DNA of 40,282 bases, taken from positions 1 to 40,282 of the IMG/VR virus record IMGVR_UViG_3300033076_000758. One strand, written 5' to 3'. The notes under the pieces were generated by a model. The model was not told where the DNA came from, did not search any database, and worked only from the letters and a program-made list of their open reading frames with translations. Every line of letters begins with the position of its first letter. The first letter of the stretch is position 1. Made by a program: the position numbers and the translations under genes. The DNA comes from a virus (Duplodnaviria; Caudoviricetes). Positions 1 to 7,111 of this stretch are shown here, in pieces.

Positions 1-2
1 TG

Positions 3-179
3 CAGGCCAAGGACGAGGCAGCAGCGCGCGACGCTGTTGCCCACATGGCGTCCAACAACCACTGGCCACCGGGCATCCAGGTCAAGACGGTGCGCCAGCT
101 CGAAAGCCGGGAGATCCCCTTCGATCCCGGCCAGTACCAAGAAACGATGAGTGGTGACCCCGCCAAGGAGAAAACGTGA
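3..179 (+). CDS. Hypothetical protein, 5'-truncated by window edge
   Basis: Open frame QAKDEAAARDAVAHM...PAKEKT* with GC-rich third positions; stop overlaps the next GTG start (GTGA). Confidence 0.7.
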   Translation, partial: QAKDEAAARDAVAHMASNNHWPPGIQVKTVRQLESREIPFDPGQYQETMSGDPAKEKT

Positions 180-610
180 GCGTGCATCAACTGACAACTG
201 CCCTGGCCATCGCCCATCAGGCGTACCACGGGCTCAAGGACTACGGCGGCATGCCGCTGCTGGCCCATGCCCTGCGGGTCACCGCCTCGGTGGCTCACCT
301 CGGGGACCGGGCCATGATCGTGGCGCTGCTCCACGACGCCGTCGAGGACTGCCCGGCCATCACGCTGGAGACCATCCAGCAGGTGTTCGGTGACGAGATC
401 GCTGCCGACATCGACGCCCTGACGCACAAGCCCCAGGAGACGTACCTGGAGTACATCGCCCGCGTGGTCAAGCGCGGCGGCATCGCCCTTGGCGTCAAGC
501 GCGCCGACAACCTGGACAACTCCGACCCCCGCCGACTGGCCGGGTTGGTGGACGGCCTGCGCACCCGCCTGGAGAAGAAGTACGCCGACGCTCGAATCCT
601 CTTGTTCTAA
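176..610 (+). CDS. HD-domain hydrolase, SpoT/Mesh1-like small alarmone ((p)ppGpp) hydrolase family
   Basis: AHQ..G.P...H..RV, ALLHDAVED, LT, Y..YI.R and VKRADNLDN motifs of RelA/SpoT hydrolase domains; AAGGAG upstream. Confidence 0.8.
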   Translation: MSVHQLTTALAIAHQAYHGLKDYGGMPLLAHALRVTASVAHLGDRAMIVALLHDAVEDCPAITLETIQQVFGDEIAADIDALTHKPQETYLEYIARVVKRGGIALGVKRADNLDNSDPRRLAGLVDGLRTRLEKKYADARILLF

Positions 611-621
611 CGCGTGAGACT

Positions 622-798
622 ATGAAACCATCGCACCTTCAGACACCGCGCTCCCTTGCGGAGTGCCAGTTCGTGCCCGGGTACATCAGCCACGACTACC
701 ACGACGACCACGTCACCTGGACGGGGATGTTCTGCCGCATCGCGGCTGCCATCGCCCTCCTTGCGGCAGGCGCTGCGTGGCTCGGGGTGCTGCCGTGA
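622..798 (+). CDS. Small membrane protein (58 aa, below the ORF-track cutoff)
   Basis: MKPSHLQTPRSLAECQF...IAAAIALLAAGAAWLGVLP*; C-terminal hydrophobic helix; fills the gap and overlaps the next start (GTGA). Confidence 0.65.
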   Translation: MKPSHLQTPRSLAECQFVPGYISHDYHDDHVTWTGMFCRIAAAIALLAAGAAWLGVLP

Positions 799-938
799 AC
801 CTGCGCCAGTACGAAGACCATCTGCGATACCTCGGGCTTGACCCCGAGGAGATCGACGACCTCGTCATGCAGGAGGGCGACCGCCTGTACGACGAAGAAC
901 GTGACCGTGAGCTGACCGAGAAACCTGCAACCAACTAA
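795..938 (+). CDS. Small acidic hypothetical protein
   Basis: GTG start coupled to upstream stop; MNLRQYEDHLRYLGLDPEEIDD... Confidence 0.6.
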   Translation: MNLRQYEDHLRYLGLDPEEIDDLVMQEGDRLYDEERDRELTEKPATN

Positions 939-950
939 CCCATTCACACC

Positions 951-1340
951 ATGCAAGCCATCCATCAAGCAGTCCTGAACCGCATCACCACCCTGGCCGC
1001 CAGCATCGGCGCCGAGTTCGCCGTCGTCATCGACGGCGAGGTGCACGGCCCCCTGGCCGACCGGGTCGCCAAGTCCAAGACGCGGCGCGCCAACGCACCT
1101 CGCACCCGCGAGGTGGTCTACAACTTCGTGCGGGACACGGGCTACAACCACGAGTTTGCCGTGATGAAGCCCGGTGACATCTACAGCCGCACCGTGGAAG
1201 GCGGCGACTACGCCAGCCACTTCGTCGACACCTTGCGCGCCTGGGCCAACAAGAACTGGGGCCGCGACAAATGGGTGCTCGCCACGGAGGCTGCGGAAGG
1301 CGGCTTGAAGATCAACGTCCAGATGTTGCGGGTGGAGTGA
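951..1340 (+). CDS. Hypothetical protein
   Basis: 129-aa ORF with phage-typical codon bias; CA-rich leader. Confidence 0.75.
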   Translation: MQAIHQAVLNRITTLAASIGAEFAVVIDGEVHGPLADRVAKSKTRRANAPRTREVVYNFVRDTGYNHEFAVMKPGDIYSRTVEGGDYASHFVDTLRAWANKNWGRDKWVLATEAAEGGLKINVQMLRVE

Positions 1341-1570
1341 TGGTCACCAAGTACCAGCGCCGTCGTCGCGGCGGCAACGTGGACTCGCGCCACTTCGACG
1401 CGGACTTCCAGTTCAGCGGCTTCAAGCAACACAACAGCGACGCCTCGTACCCCGAGCCCCCACCCGTGTGGGTGTGGGTCGTGTGTGGGCTGCTCGTCTC
1501 CGTGGCCACGGCGGTCTGCATCAAAGAGTTCATCCTCCCCCTCCTCGACTACCTGAAAGGACTGCTGTGA
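1340..1570 (+). CDS. Small membrane protein
   Basis: ATG overlaps upstream TGA; MVTKYQRRRR...VWVWVVCGLLVSVATAVCI hydrophobic segment. Confidence 0.6.
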   Translation: MVTKYQRRRRGGNVDSRHFDADFQFSGFKQHNSDASYPEPPPVWVWVVCGLLVSVATAVCIKEFILPLLDYLKGLL

Positions 1571-1773
1571 GCGACGCCGCCGGAGATTCCCTCGACATCG
1601 CTGCCGAGCGCACGCAACTCGCCGCCGACGCCAAGGTGGCGGCCATCCGCGCCAAGGCTGTCCTGGAGCCGGGGAAACCCGGCGAGTGCGACTTCTGCGG
1701 GGAGCACTCGATGCGTCTGGTGGACGGGGCCTGCGCGCCCTGCCGTGACAAGTACAAGCTGTGGAGCAAGTGA
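1567..1773 (+). CDS. TraR/DksA-like C4 zinc-finger protein
   Basis: N-terminal DxxDxA (DSLDIA), helix, then CDFC...CAPC; 68 aa, TraR-like size. Confidence 0.75.
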   Translation: MSDAAGDSLDIAAERTQLAADAKVAAIRAKAVLEPGKPGECDFCGEHSMRLVDGACAPCRDKYKLWSK

Positions 1774-2090
1774 TGAGCAAGCCTGACGCACTGGCACTGG
1801 CCGACCGAATCGAAACCGCAACAGCAAATGTCGATTTGGAGGGGATCGTTCGCATTCAGATTTCCAGCTACGACCTTGACCACGCCTCATCCGAACTTCG
1901 CCGTCTCCACTACGAGAACGAGGCACTACGCAAGGATGCGGAGCGGTATCGGTGGCAATACAGCGGCGCAAAAACAGACAGTGACGCGCTGGTGAATATC
2001 CAGATTCGCATGATTCATGGCGAAGTGCCCGCGCTTGAAGAAGTACGCGCAGCCTTTGACGCAGCAATGAAGGAGAAACAACATGGCTGA
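1773..2090 (+). CDS. Hypothetical phage protein (LRKDAERYRW motif)
   Basis: Coupled ATG; the ELRRLH..NEALRKDAERYRW pattern is common in small phage early proteins. Confidence 0.65.
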   Translation: MSKPDALALADRIETATANVDLEGIVRIQISSYDLDHASSELRRLHYENEALRKDAERYRWQYSGAKTDSDALVNIQIRMIHGEVPALEEVRAAFDAAMKEKQHG

Positions 2091-2361
2091 CGTAACGGCA
2101 AAGCTGGCCGCCTTGGCTTGCGCTGTTGCGCTTGCAGGCTGCGACGACCGCCAACAGGAAGTCGCCAAGCGAACCGAAGCCTACGACCAATGCGCCCGGG
2201 CCGAGCTTTTTCAGGCGTGCCTCGCCGCCGTGCCCGCAGGCCCACAGGCCACCAAATACAACGACTGGGACGAGGTTGTGAGCGAGTGCGGGACGCAAGC
2301 CCGAACCATGAGCGTTCGCCCGGTCAAAGCAATCAAGGAGGGGTGCCGTGCTGACTACTGA
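2083..2361 (+). CDS. Putative lipoprotein
   Basis: AAGGAG RBS; signal peptide ending in lipobox LAGC; four additional Cys. Confidence 0.7.
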   Translation: MADVTAKLAALACAVALAGCDDRQQEVAKRTEAYDQCARAELFQACLAAVPAGPQATKYNDWDEVVSECGTQARTMSVRPVKAIKEGCRADY

Positions 2362-2379
2362 CGTAACGGCAAAGCTGGC
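2087..2379 (+). repeat. 22-bp perfect direct repeat CTGACGTAACGGCAAAGCTGGC (2087-2108 and 2358-2379)
   Basis: Both copies read directly; they encode DVTAKLA at the start of two consecutive genes. Confidence 0.9.
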
Positions 2380-3271
2380 GGAGGCGTTGCCGCTGACGCA
2401 AGACGAGATCGACGGCATTTACGCCAAGCACAGCGGGGACGGTGGGCCAACTGCGATATGCGAACTGTTTGCCCCGGCATTGCTCCGCGCAGCCCTCGCC
2501 GCCTATGAGCAGGCACAGGCCGAGCCGGTGACAAACGCAATGGATGTGGTTGAGTCGGCGTTCTATGACGGCTTCAACGCGCCTGAAACCTACAACGACA
2601 CGGTGTTGAACGACTCAAAAACCGAATGGGAATCTCGCCGGGGAGGCTACGCAAAAGCACTCGCCGCTCACGTGGCACAGGCCGCCACGCCAGCACCCTC
2701 CCACCGTCAAACAGCAGCCGAGCCTTTCAACCCGTCGCCGTGCGTGACAGTGCAGCTTGGGGCCACGCCAGCACCCGCCGAGCCGGTTGCTTGGCTCACG
2801 CCGGACGGGAAGCTAATGCGGCACGATCCATCGGAAACCGAGGAATACCACAACTTGCCGCGCAGCACGCCACTCTACGCGGTGCCAAAGGCCGCCACGC
2901 CAGCACCCGCGCTGCTGGTAGACCGACTGCGCGCAAAAGAGGCGCAGGAGATTGCCAGCAAATTCGACACACGCGCAGCACTTGAAAAAGCCCGCAAGGA
3001 CCGGGCCGCCACGCCAGCACCCGCCGAGCGCCCCGTGCCCGACCGCCGCACCGCGCTCGAATCGACGCAAGAAGGCCGGGCCGTCATCGCGCAGGCGCAG
3101 GCTGACATTGCCACGCCAGCACCCGCGCCGCATCCGCTGACGGACGAACAGATCGACTTGCAGCGCCCCGCCAATCTTTACGGTACTGCTGAGAGATGGG
3201 GCTTCAAAGACGGCGTGCGCTTTGCCGAGCAGCACTACGGCATCGGCCAAGGAAAGGAGGCCAGCAAATGA
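2348..3271 (+). CDS. Modular hypothetical protein with ATPAP linker repeats (Ead/Eaa-like mosaic)
   Basis: 307-aa ORF; short modules such as AEPVAW..., PLYA and PLTDEQI separated by identical linkers. Confidence 0.7.
   Translation: MLTTDVTAKLAEALPLTQDEIDGIYAKHSGDGGPTAICELFAPALLRAALAAYEQAQAEPVTNAMDVVESAFYDGFNAPETYNDTVLNDSKTEWESRRGGYAKALAAHVAQAATPAPSHRQTAAEPFNPSPCVTVQLGATPAPAEPVAWLTPDGKLMRHDPSETEEYHNLPRSTPLYAVPKAATPAPALLVDRLRAKEAQEIASKFDTRAALEKARKDRAATPAPAERPVPDRRTALESTQEGRAVIAQAQADIATPAPAPHPLTDEQIDLQRPANLYGTAERWGFKDGVRFAEQHYGIGQGKEASK
2684..3124 (+). repeat. Five identical 15-bp repeats GCCACGCCAGCACCC
   Basis: Copies start at 2684, 2762, 2894, 3008 and 3110; periods 78, 132, 114 and 102 bp, all in frame. 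Confidence 0.9.
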
Positions 3272-3405
3272 CTAGCCCACCAATCCCGACGCGCCCGTGT
3301 TGTTTCTGCAAGGTGCCGACGAACGAAACGCAGTCTGTGTTTGGCATCGCGCACTACAAATGCTTCGCTGCCGCGAAGCGAAAGGAGAGCGGCAATGCCG
3401 GATGA
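3268..3405 (+). CDS. Small putative zinc-binding protein
   Basis: AAGGAGG RBS, ATGA overlap; CCFC...HYKC. Confidence 0.55.
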   Translation: MTSPPIPTRPCCFCKVPTNETQSVFGIAHYKCFAAAKRKESGNAG

Positions 3406-3586
3406 CCGCCTGGAAAATGCGATAGCCATGGTGAAGAAGTTGAACAGCGTCTGCAATTTCATCATCGGGCTCTGGGTTCTTTGCGCGGTTCTCGTGATCG
3501 GTGCAGTCGGTGGCGTCGCCATCTACAAGCACAACACCGAGGCGACGCGGTGCGGAACCGCTACCAAGGGGGGCGGCAATGGCTGA
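3395..3586 (+). CDS. Small membrane protein
   Basis: AGGAG RBS; hydrophobic FIIGLWVLCAVLVIGAVGGVAIY. Confidence 0.55.
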   Translation: MPDDRLENAIAMVKKLNSVCNFIIGLWVLCAVLVIGAVGGVAIYKHNTEATRCGTATKGGGNG

Positions 3587-4004
3587 CCGTCCAACCCCGC
3601 CACGCCGCAAGGAACTCCGCAAGATCAACGCCATCACCCAGGCCCGGCTCATGCGGCTCTTGCTGGACGGCGAACTCGACTGCCGCGAGCTGGCCGAGGA
3701 GACCGGGTTGCACTACGTGACCGTGCTCCAGTACACCCGCGAACTCCACCGGGCGGGTGCGGCCTACATCTGCGATTGGCACCCGGACGACCGAGGCTAC
3801 GCCACGCTCAAGGTCTACAAGCTGGGAGCTGGCAAGCGGGACAAGAAGCGCCCCAGCATGACCGGCACCGAGAAGACCGCCCGCTACCGGGCACGCAAGC
3901 GGCTCAAGCAGCTCGCGCTGGTGACTGCCGGTGCGGGCATGTTCGAGCGTGCCGAGGGCGGGGGCTGCATCCGATTCACAACCATCGACAAGGAGGCTGC
4001 GTGA
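3579..4004 (+). CDS. Winged helix-turn-helix DNA-binding protein
   Basis: LLLDGELDCRELAEETGLHYVTVLQYTRELHRAG HTH followed by a beta-wing. Confidence 0.75.
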   Translation: MADRPTPPRRKELRKINAITQARLMRLLLDGELDCRELAEETGLHYVTVLQYTRELHRAGAAYICDWHPDDRGYATLKVYKLGAGKRDKKRPSMTGTEKTARYRARKRLKQLALVTAGAGMFERAEGGGCIRFTTIDKEAA

Positions 4005-4372
4005 CGCAGATCGACTTCACCATCAAGCCAAGCTCCATGCCCGGCTACGTGGGCTACTCGCTGTTCAGCGCCCAGGACCACATCAGCACCTGGGTGGCCG
4101 ACACGGGCGACAAGATCGTCCAGGCGCAGCTCAAGGCGCTCGGGTGGTCGCGCATCGACCCTGAACTCCAGCGCCTCGTGGACAGCCTCACGCCAGAGCA
4201 GCGCGAGACCTTGGAGCTGACCGCCAAGGGCTTCACCACGCAGGAGATCGCCGACATCGGGAAGATCAGCGTGCGCGCGGCGGAGAGCCGCCGCCAGCGC
4301 GTGTACCAGATCCTCGGCGTGGGCTCCATCGGCGAGGCGTCCGTGCTCGCTGCCAAGGCGGGGCTCGTCTAA
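4001..4372 (+). CDS. LuxR-type HTH transcriptional regulator
   Basis: AGGAGG RBS then GTG; C-terminal LTPEQRETLELTAKGFTTQEIADIGKISVRAAESRRQRVYQILGV. Confidence 0.8.
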   Translation: MTQIDFTIKPSSMPGYVGYSLFSAQDHISTWVADTGDKIVQAQLKALGWSRIDPELQRLVDSLTPEQRETLELTAKGFTTQEIADIGKISVRAAESRRQRVYQILGVGSIGEASVLAAKAGLV

Positions 4373-4373
4373 C

Positions 4374-6368
4374 ATGTCAATCCGACAAGTGTTCGGCGAC
4401 CTGGAGACCTACTGGGACCAGGAACACAGCCTGTCCAAGATGAGCCCCATCTTGTACTGCGCCAGCCCCAAGACCGAGATCATCTCGTGCTCGTTCCAGG
4501 AGGGGCGCGGCGGCAAGCCCTTCTGCGTGTTCGGGCAGGACGAGGTGCAGCGAGCGTGCGACGACCTCCAGCTCAACTCGGCCATGTTCATCGCCCACAA
4601 CATGTCGGCGTTCGACGCCATGATCTTCGCGTGGCGTCTGAGGGTGAAGCCCGCGATGTGGGGGTGCACCCTGGCCATGGCCCGGCCCGTCCACGCCAAG
4701 GACGTGGGCCTCGGGCTGGGCAAGCTCGTCCAGCACTACGGCATCGGCACCAAGAACGCCGCCGTCCTGCACCAGACCAAGGGCAAGCGGCTGGCGGACT
4801 TCACCGCCCAGGAGCTGGCCGACATGCGCGTCTACAACGTGGACGACACCAGCCAGTGCGCGGAGGTGTTCTACGCGCTGCTGCCGCACTTCAACCTGGA
4901 GGAGCTGTGGCACATCGACTGCAACATCCGCATGCTCGTCCAGCCCAAGCTGCGCCTGGACGCCGCCATGATCGAGGCGGCCTTGACTGTGGAGCGGGAC
5001 CACAAGCTCCGCGCCCTGCTCAAGGTGGCCTCGCATCTGCGAGGCACCTGCGACACCTACGCACGGACTGCGGTCGACTGGGACGATCCCGACGCCGTCG
5101 CCGCGTTCGTGATGGACGAAATGCAGTCTGCCGCGCGTTTCTCCGGGCTTCTCAAGCGCGCCGGGGTCGACGTGCCCATGAAGCGCAGCAAGACCGACCC
5201 GACGAAGTACATCCCCGCCATCGCCAAAGGCGACGAGCCCATGCAGGAACTGCTGGAGCACGAGGACGAGGTCGTGGCCGCCGCTGCGCGGGCTCGGCTT
5301 GCCGCCAAGTCCACCCAGACCGAGACCCGACTGGAGTCGTTCCTCGCTACACACAAGGCGGTCGGGTTCCTCCCCGTGCCGGTCCACTACTGCGGCGCTG
5401 ACACCACGGGGCGCGACAGCGGGTTCGTGTACAACATGCTCAACCTGCCGCGCATCAAGAAGACGCCGTCCCACAAGGACGCCATGCGCAAGGGCGTCAT
5501 CGCGCCGCCCGGCCACAAGATCGGCGTGCGCGACCTCTCGGGCATCGAACTGCGGGTCAACCACACCCTGTGGAAGGTCAAGCGGTCGATGGACATGTGG
5601 GCGGCTGACCCCCTGGCCGACCTGTACGTCGGCACGGCGGACGCCTACTACGGGTTGCCGCCCGGCACCGTGACCAAGGAGGACCCCCGTCGCCAGCTTG
5701 GCAAGGTACTGGAGCTGTCCTGCGGCTTCCAGGTCGGGGCCAAGACGCTGCGCACCCAGGCGCGTATCCAGTACGGCCTGCGCCTGACCATGGACGAAGC
5801 CGTGACCGGGGTGCAGGCGTGGCGCGGGCGCTACCCCGAGATCGCTGACCGCGACACCGGGGGCTGGGCCAAGTGCGACGCGGCGCTGTACGCCATCGCC
5901 GAGGGGCGTGAGGAGGCGGTCGACCCGTGGGGCATGGTGACCACCTGCAAGGCAGGGCTGCGGCTCCCGTCGGGGCGGCTCATCCGTTACCCCGACCTGC
6001 GCCAGGAGTGGGTGACCCGCTACGAGGAGGATGCCGACGGCGCGCTCATCGAGAAGAAGCAGCTCGCCTGGGTGTACGGCCAAGGCCGCCACTACAGCTT
6101 CATCTACGGCGGCAAGGTGGACGAGAACATCGTGCAGGCCCTGGCGCGTGACGTGATCTTCGGGCACATCTTCCAGTTCTGGAAGGAGACGGGTAAGCGA
6201 CCCGCGCTCAAGGTGTACGACGAAGGCGTCTACGTGTGGAAGGAAGACGAGGCTCCCGAACTGCTGGAGCACCTGGGACGCGTCATGCAGCAGCCACCCG
6301 CGTGGTGGCCGCAGCTCGTGCTGGCCAGCGAGGGCGACCTCGCCGACCGGTACGGCGACGCCAAGTAA
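4374..6368 (+). CDS. DNA polymerase, family A, with 3'-5' exonuclease domain
   Basis: Exo motifs DLET, AHN..FD, Y...D; TTGR.S...NMLNLPR; motif A DLSGIELR; motif B RQLGK...GF; ENIVQALARD; motif C VYDE. Confidence 0.93.
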   Translation: MSIRQVFGDLETYWDQEHSLSKMSPILYCASPKTEIISCSFQEGRGGKPFCVFGQDEVQRACDDLQLNSAMFIAHNMSAFDAMIFAWRLRVKPAMWGCTLAMARPVHAKDVGLGLGKLVQHYGIGTKNAAVLHQTKGKRLADFTAQELADMRVYNVDDTSQCAEVFYALLPHFNLEELWHIDCNIRMLVQPKLRLDAAMIEAALTVERDHKLRALLKVASHLRGTCDTYARTAVDWDDPDAVAAFVMDEMQSAARFSGLLKRAGVDVPMKRSKTDPTKYIPAIAKGDEPMQELLEHEDEVVAAAARARLAAKSTQTETRLESFLATHKAVGFLPVPVHYCGADTTGRDSGFVYNMLNLPRIKKTPSHKDAMRKGVIAPPGHKIGVRDLSGIELRVNHTLWKVKRSMDMWAADPLADLYVGTADAYYGLPPGTVTKEDPRRQLGKVLELSCGFQVGAKTLRTQARIQYGLRLTMDEAVTGVQAWRGRYPEIADRDTGGWAKCDAALYAIAEGREEAVDPWGMVTTCKAGLRLPSGRLIRYPDLRQEWVTRYEEDADGALIEKKQLAWVYGQGRHYSFIYGGKVDENIVQALARDVIFGHIFQFWKETGKRPALKVYDEGVYVWKEDEAPELLEHLGRVMQQPPAWWPQLVLASEGDLADRYGDAK

Positions 6369-6424
6369 CAAACCCGTTTACATCTGATGGTTAATATGCC
6401 ACCATATAACAGGACCCACCCACC
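6369..6424 (+). promoter_or_regulatory. AT-rich intergenic region, probable promoter
   Basis: Sharp AT enrichment with TTTACA (6377-6382) and TATAAC (6405-6410); spacing is non-canonical, so the exact elements are uncertain. Confidence 0.4.
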
Positions 6425-7000
6425 ATGAACGATAAGCAAGCCCTGCTGGCGGCGCTCAACATGCTCATACAGAGCGATGACGCGCCGCACCTGTTCAGCA
6501 CCTTGACGACCGTGGCCGCCCTCAAGACGGTCCACCCGGTAATGATGAGTGGTGACGCCGAGGTGCTCAACCCGCTGCTCACTGTGGCACGCGCCGACGC
6601 CGACAAGTTCACCCACTACATGTCGTTGGTGGACGCCAAGCGCGCCGAGGCGGGGCTCCCTCCCCTCGCGCCGCCCAAAGACGACAAGTTCGACAAGTCT
6701 GCGTACATGAGGGAGTTCATGTACCAGAAGCGCCAGCGGCAGAGGCGGGCCGCTGAGATCGAGAACATGACGCGAGGCAAGGACCGGCTCATCGGGCGGT
6801 CCAGGCTGGACTTCATGGACGCCCAGGCCGCCAAGTGGAAGGCCGAGCTGGACCGAAGAATTGCCGCTGTCAGGGCGGCCCAAGGGCAGAATCTACCCAA
6901 GGACGTGCTCGACACCGTGCGGGCGCAGTTCTGGACTTGGGTGGACGAGTCGCTGGATCAAGCCGAGGCCGAGGCCAAACTCAAGATCCTCACCCGATGA
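6425..7000 (+). CDS. Hypothetical alpha-helical phage protein
   Basis: 191-aa ORF with good codon bias; basic helix YMREFMYQKRQRQRR. Confidence 0.8.
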   Translation: MNDKQALLAALNMLIQSDDAPHLFSTLTTVAALKTVHPVMMSGDAEVLNPLLTVARADADKFTHYMSLVDAKRAEAGLPPLAPPKDDKFDKSAYMREFMYQKRQRQRRAAEIENMTRGKDRLIGRSRLDFMDAQAAKWKAELDRRIAAVRAAQGQNLPKDVLDTVRAQFWTWVDESLDQAEAEAKLKILTR

Positions 7001-7030
7001 AAAAAGGCCCCGGGCCGTGAGACCCGGGGC
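7000..7030 (-). terminator. Intrinsic terminator oriented for a minus-strand transcript
   Basis: Stem GCCCCGGG (7007-7014)/CCCGGGGC (7023-7030); A6 tract on + at 7000-7005 gives a U-tract on -. Confidence 0.75.
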
Positions 7031-7077
7031 AGACCGTTGCAACCCAACCAACACACCGGGTGGAGAGACCGGTGCGT
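7000..7077 (-). ncRNA. Candidate small regulatory RNA (~77 nt)
   Basis: Minus-strand promoter, 5' hairpin ACGCACCGG/CCGGUGUGU (G-U pair only on the - strand), unpaired GUUGGUUGGGUUGCA, then terminator; no ORF. Confidence 0.5.
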
Positions 7078-7081
7078 AGCC

Positions 7082-7111
7082 ATCGTACAACAGGAGTTAG
7101 ATTCATGCCAA
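7082..7111 (-). promoter_or_regulatory. Putative sigma70 promoter for the sRNA
   Basis: On the - strand TTGGCA (7111-7106), 18 bp, TACGAT (7087-7082). Confidence 0.45.

Noticed and set aside
2684-3124. Repeat-spacer pattern resembling a CRISPR array
   Set aside because: Repeats are only 15 bp, spacers are 63-117 bp and variable, all in frame within a coding sequence; no cas operon.
4377-6371. 664-aa minus-strand ORF mirroring the polymerase (likewise 12533-13249, 13688-15838, 16209-18923, 19114-21540, 22156-23961, 25066-27090, 30982-33138, 32904-35309)
   Set aside because: Antisense shadows expected from strong GC3 bias; no recognisable motifs, and they lie opposite well-supported genes.
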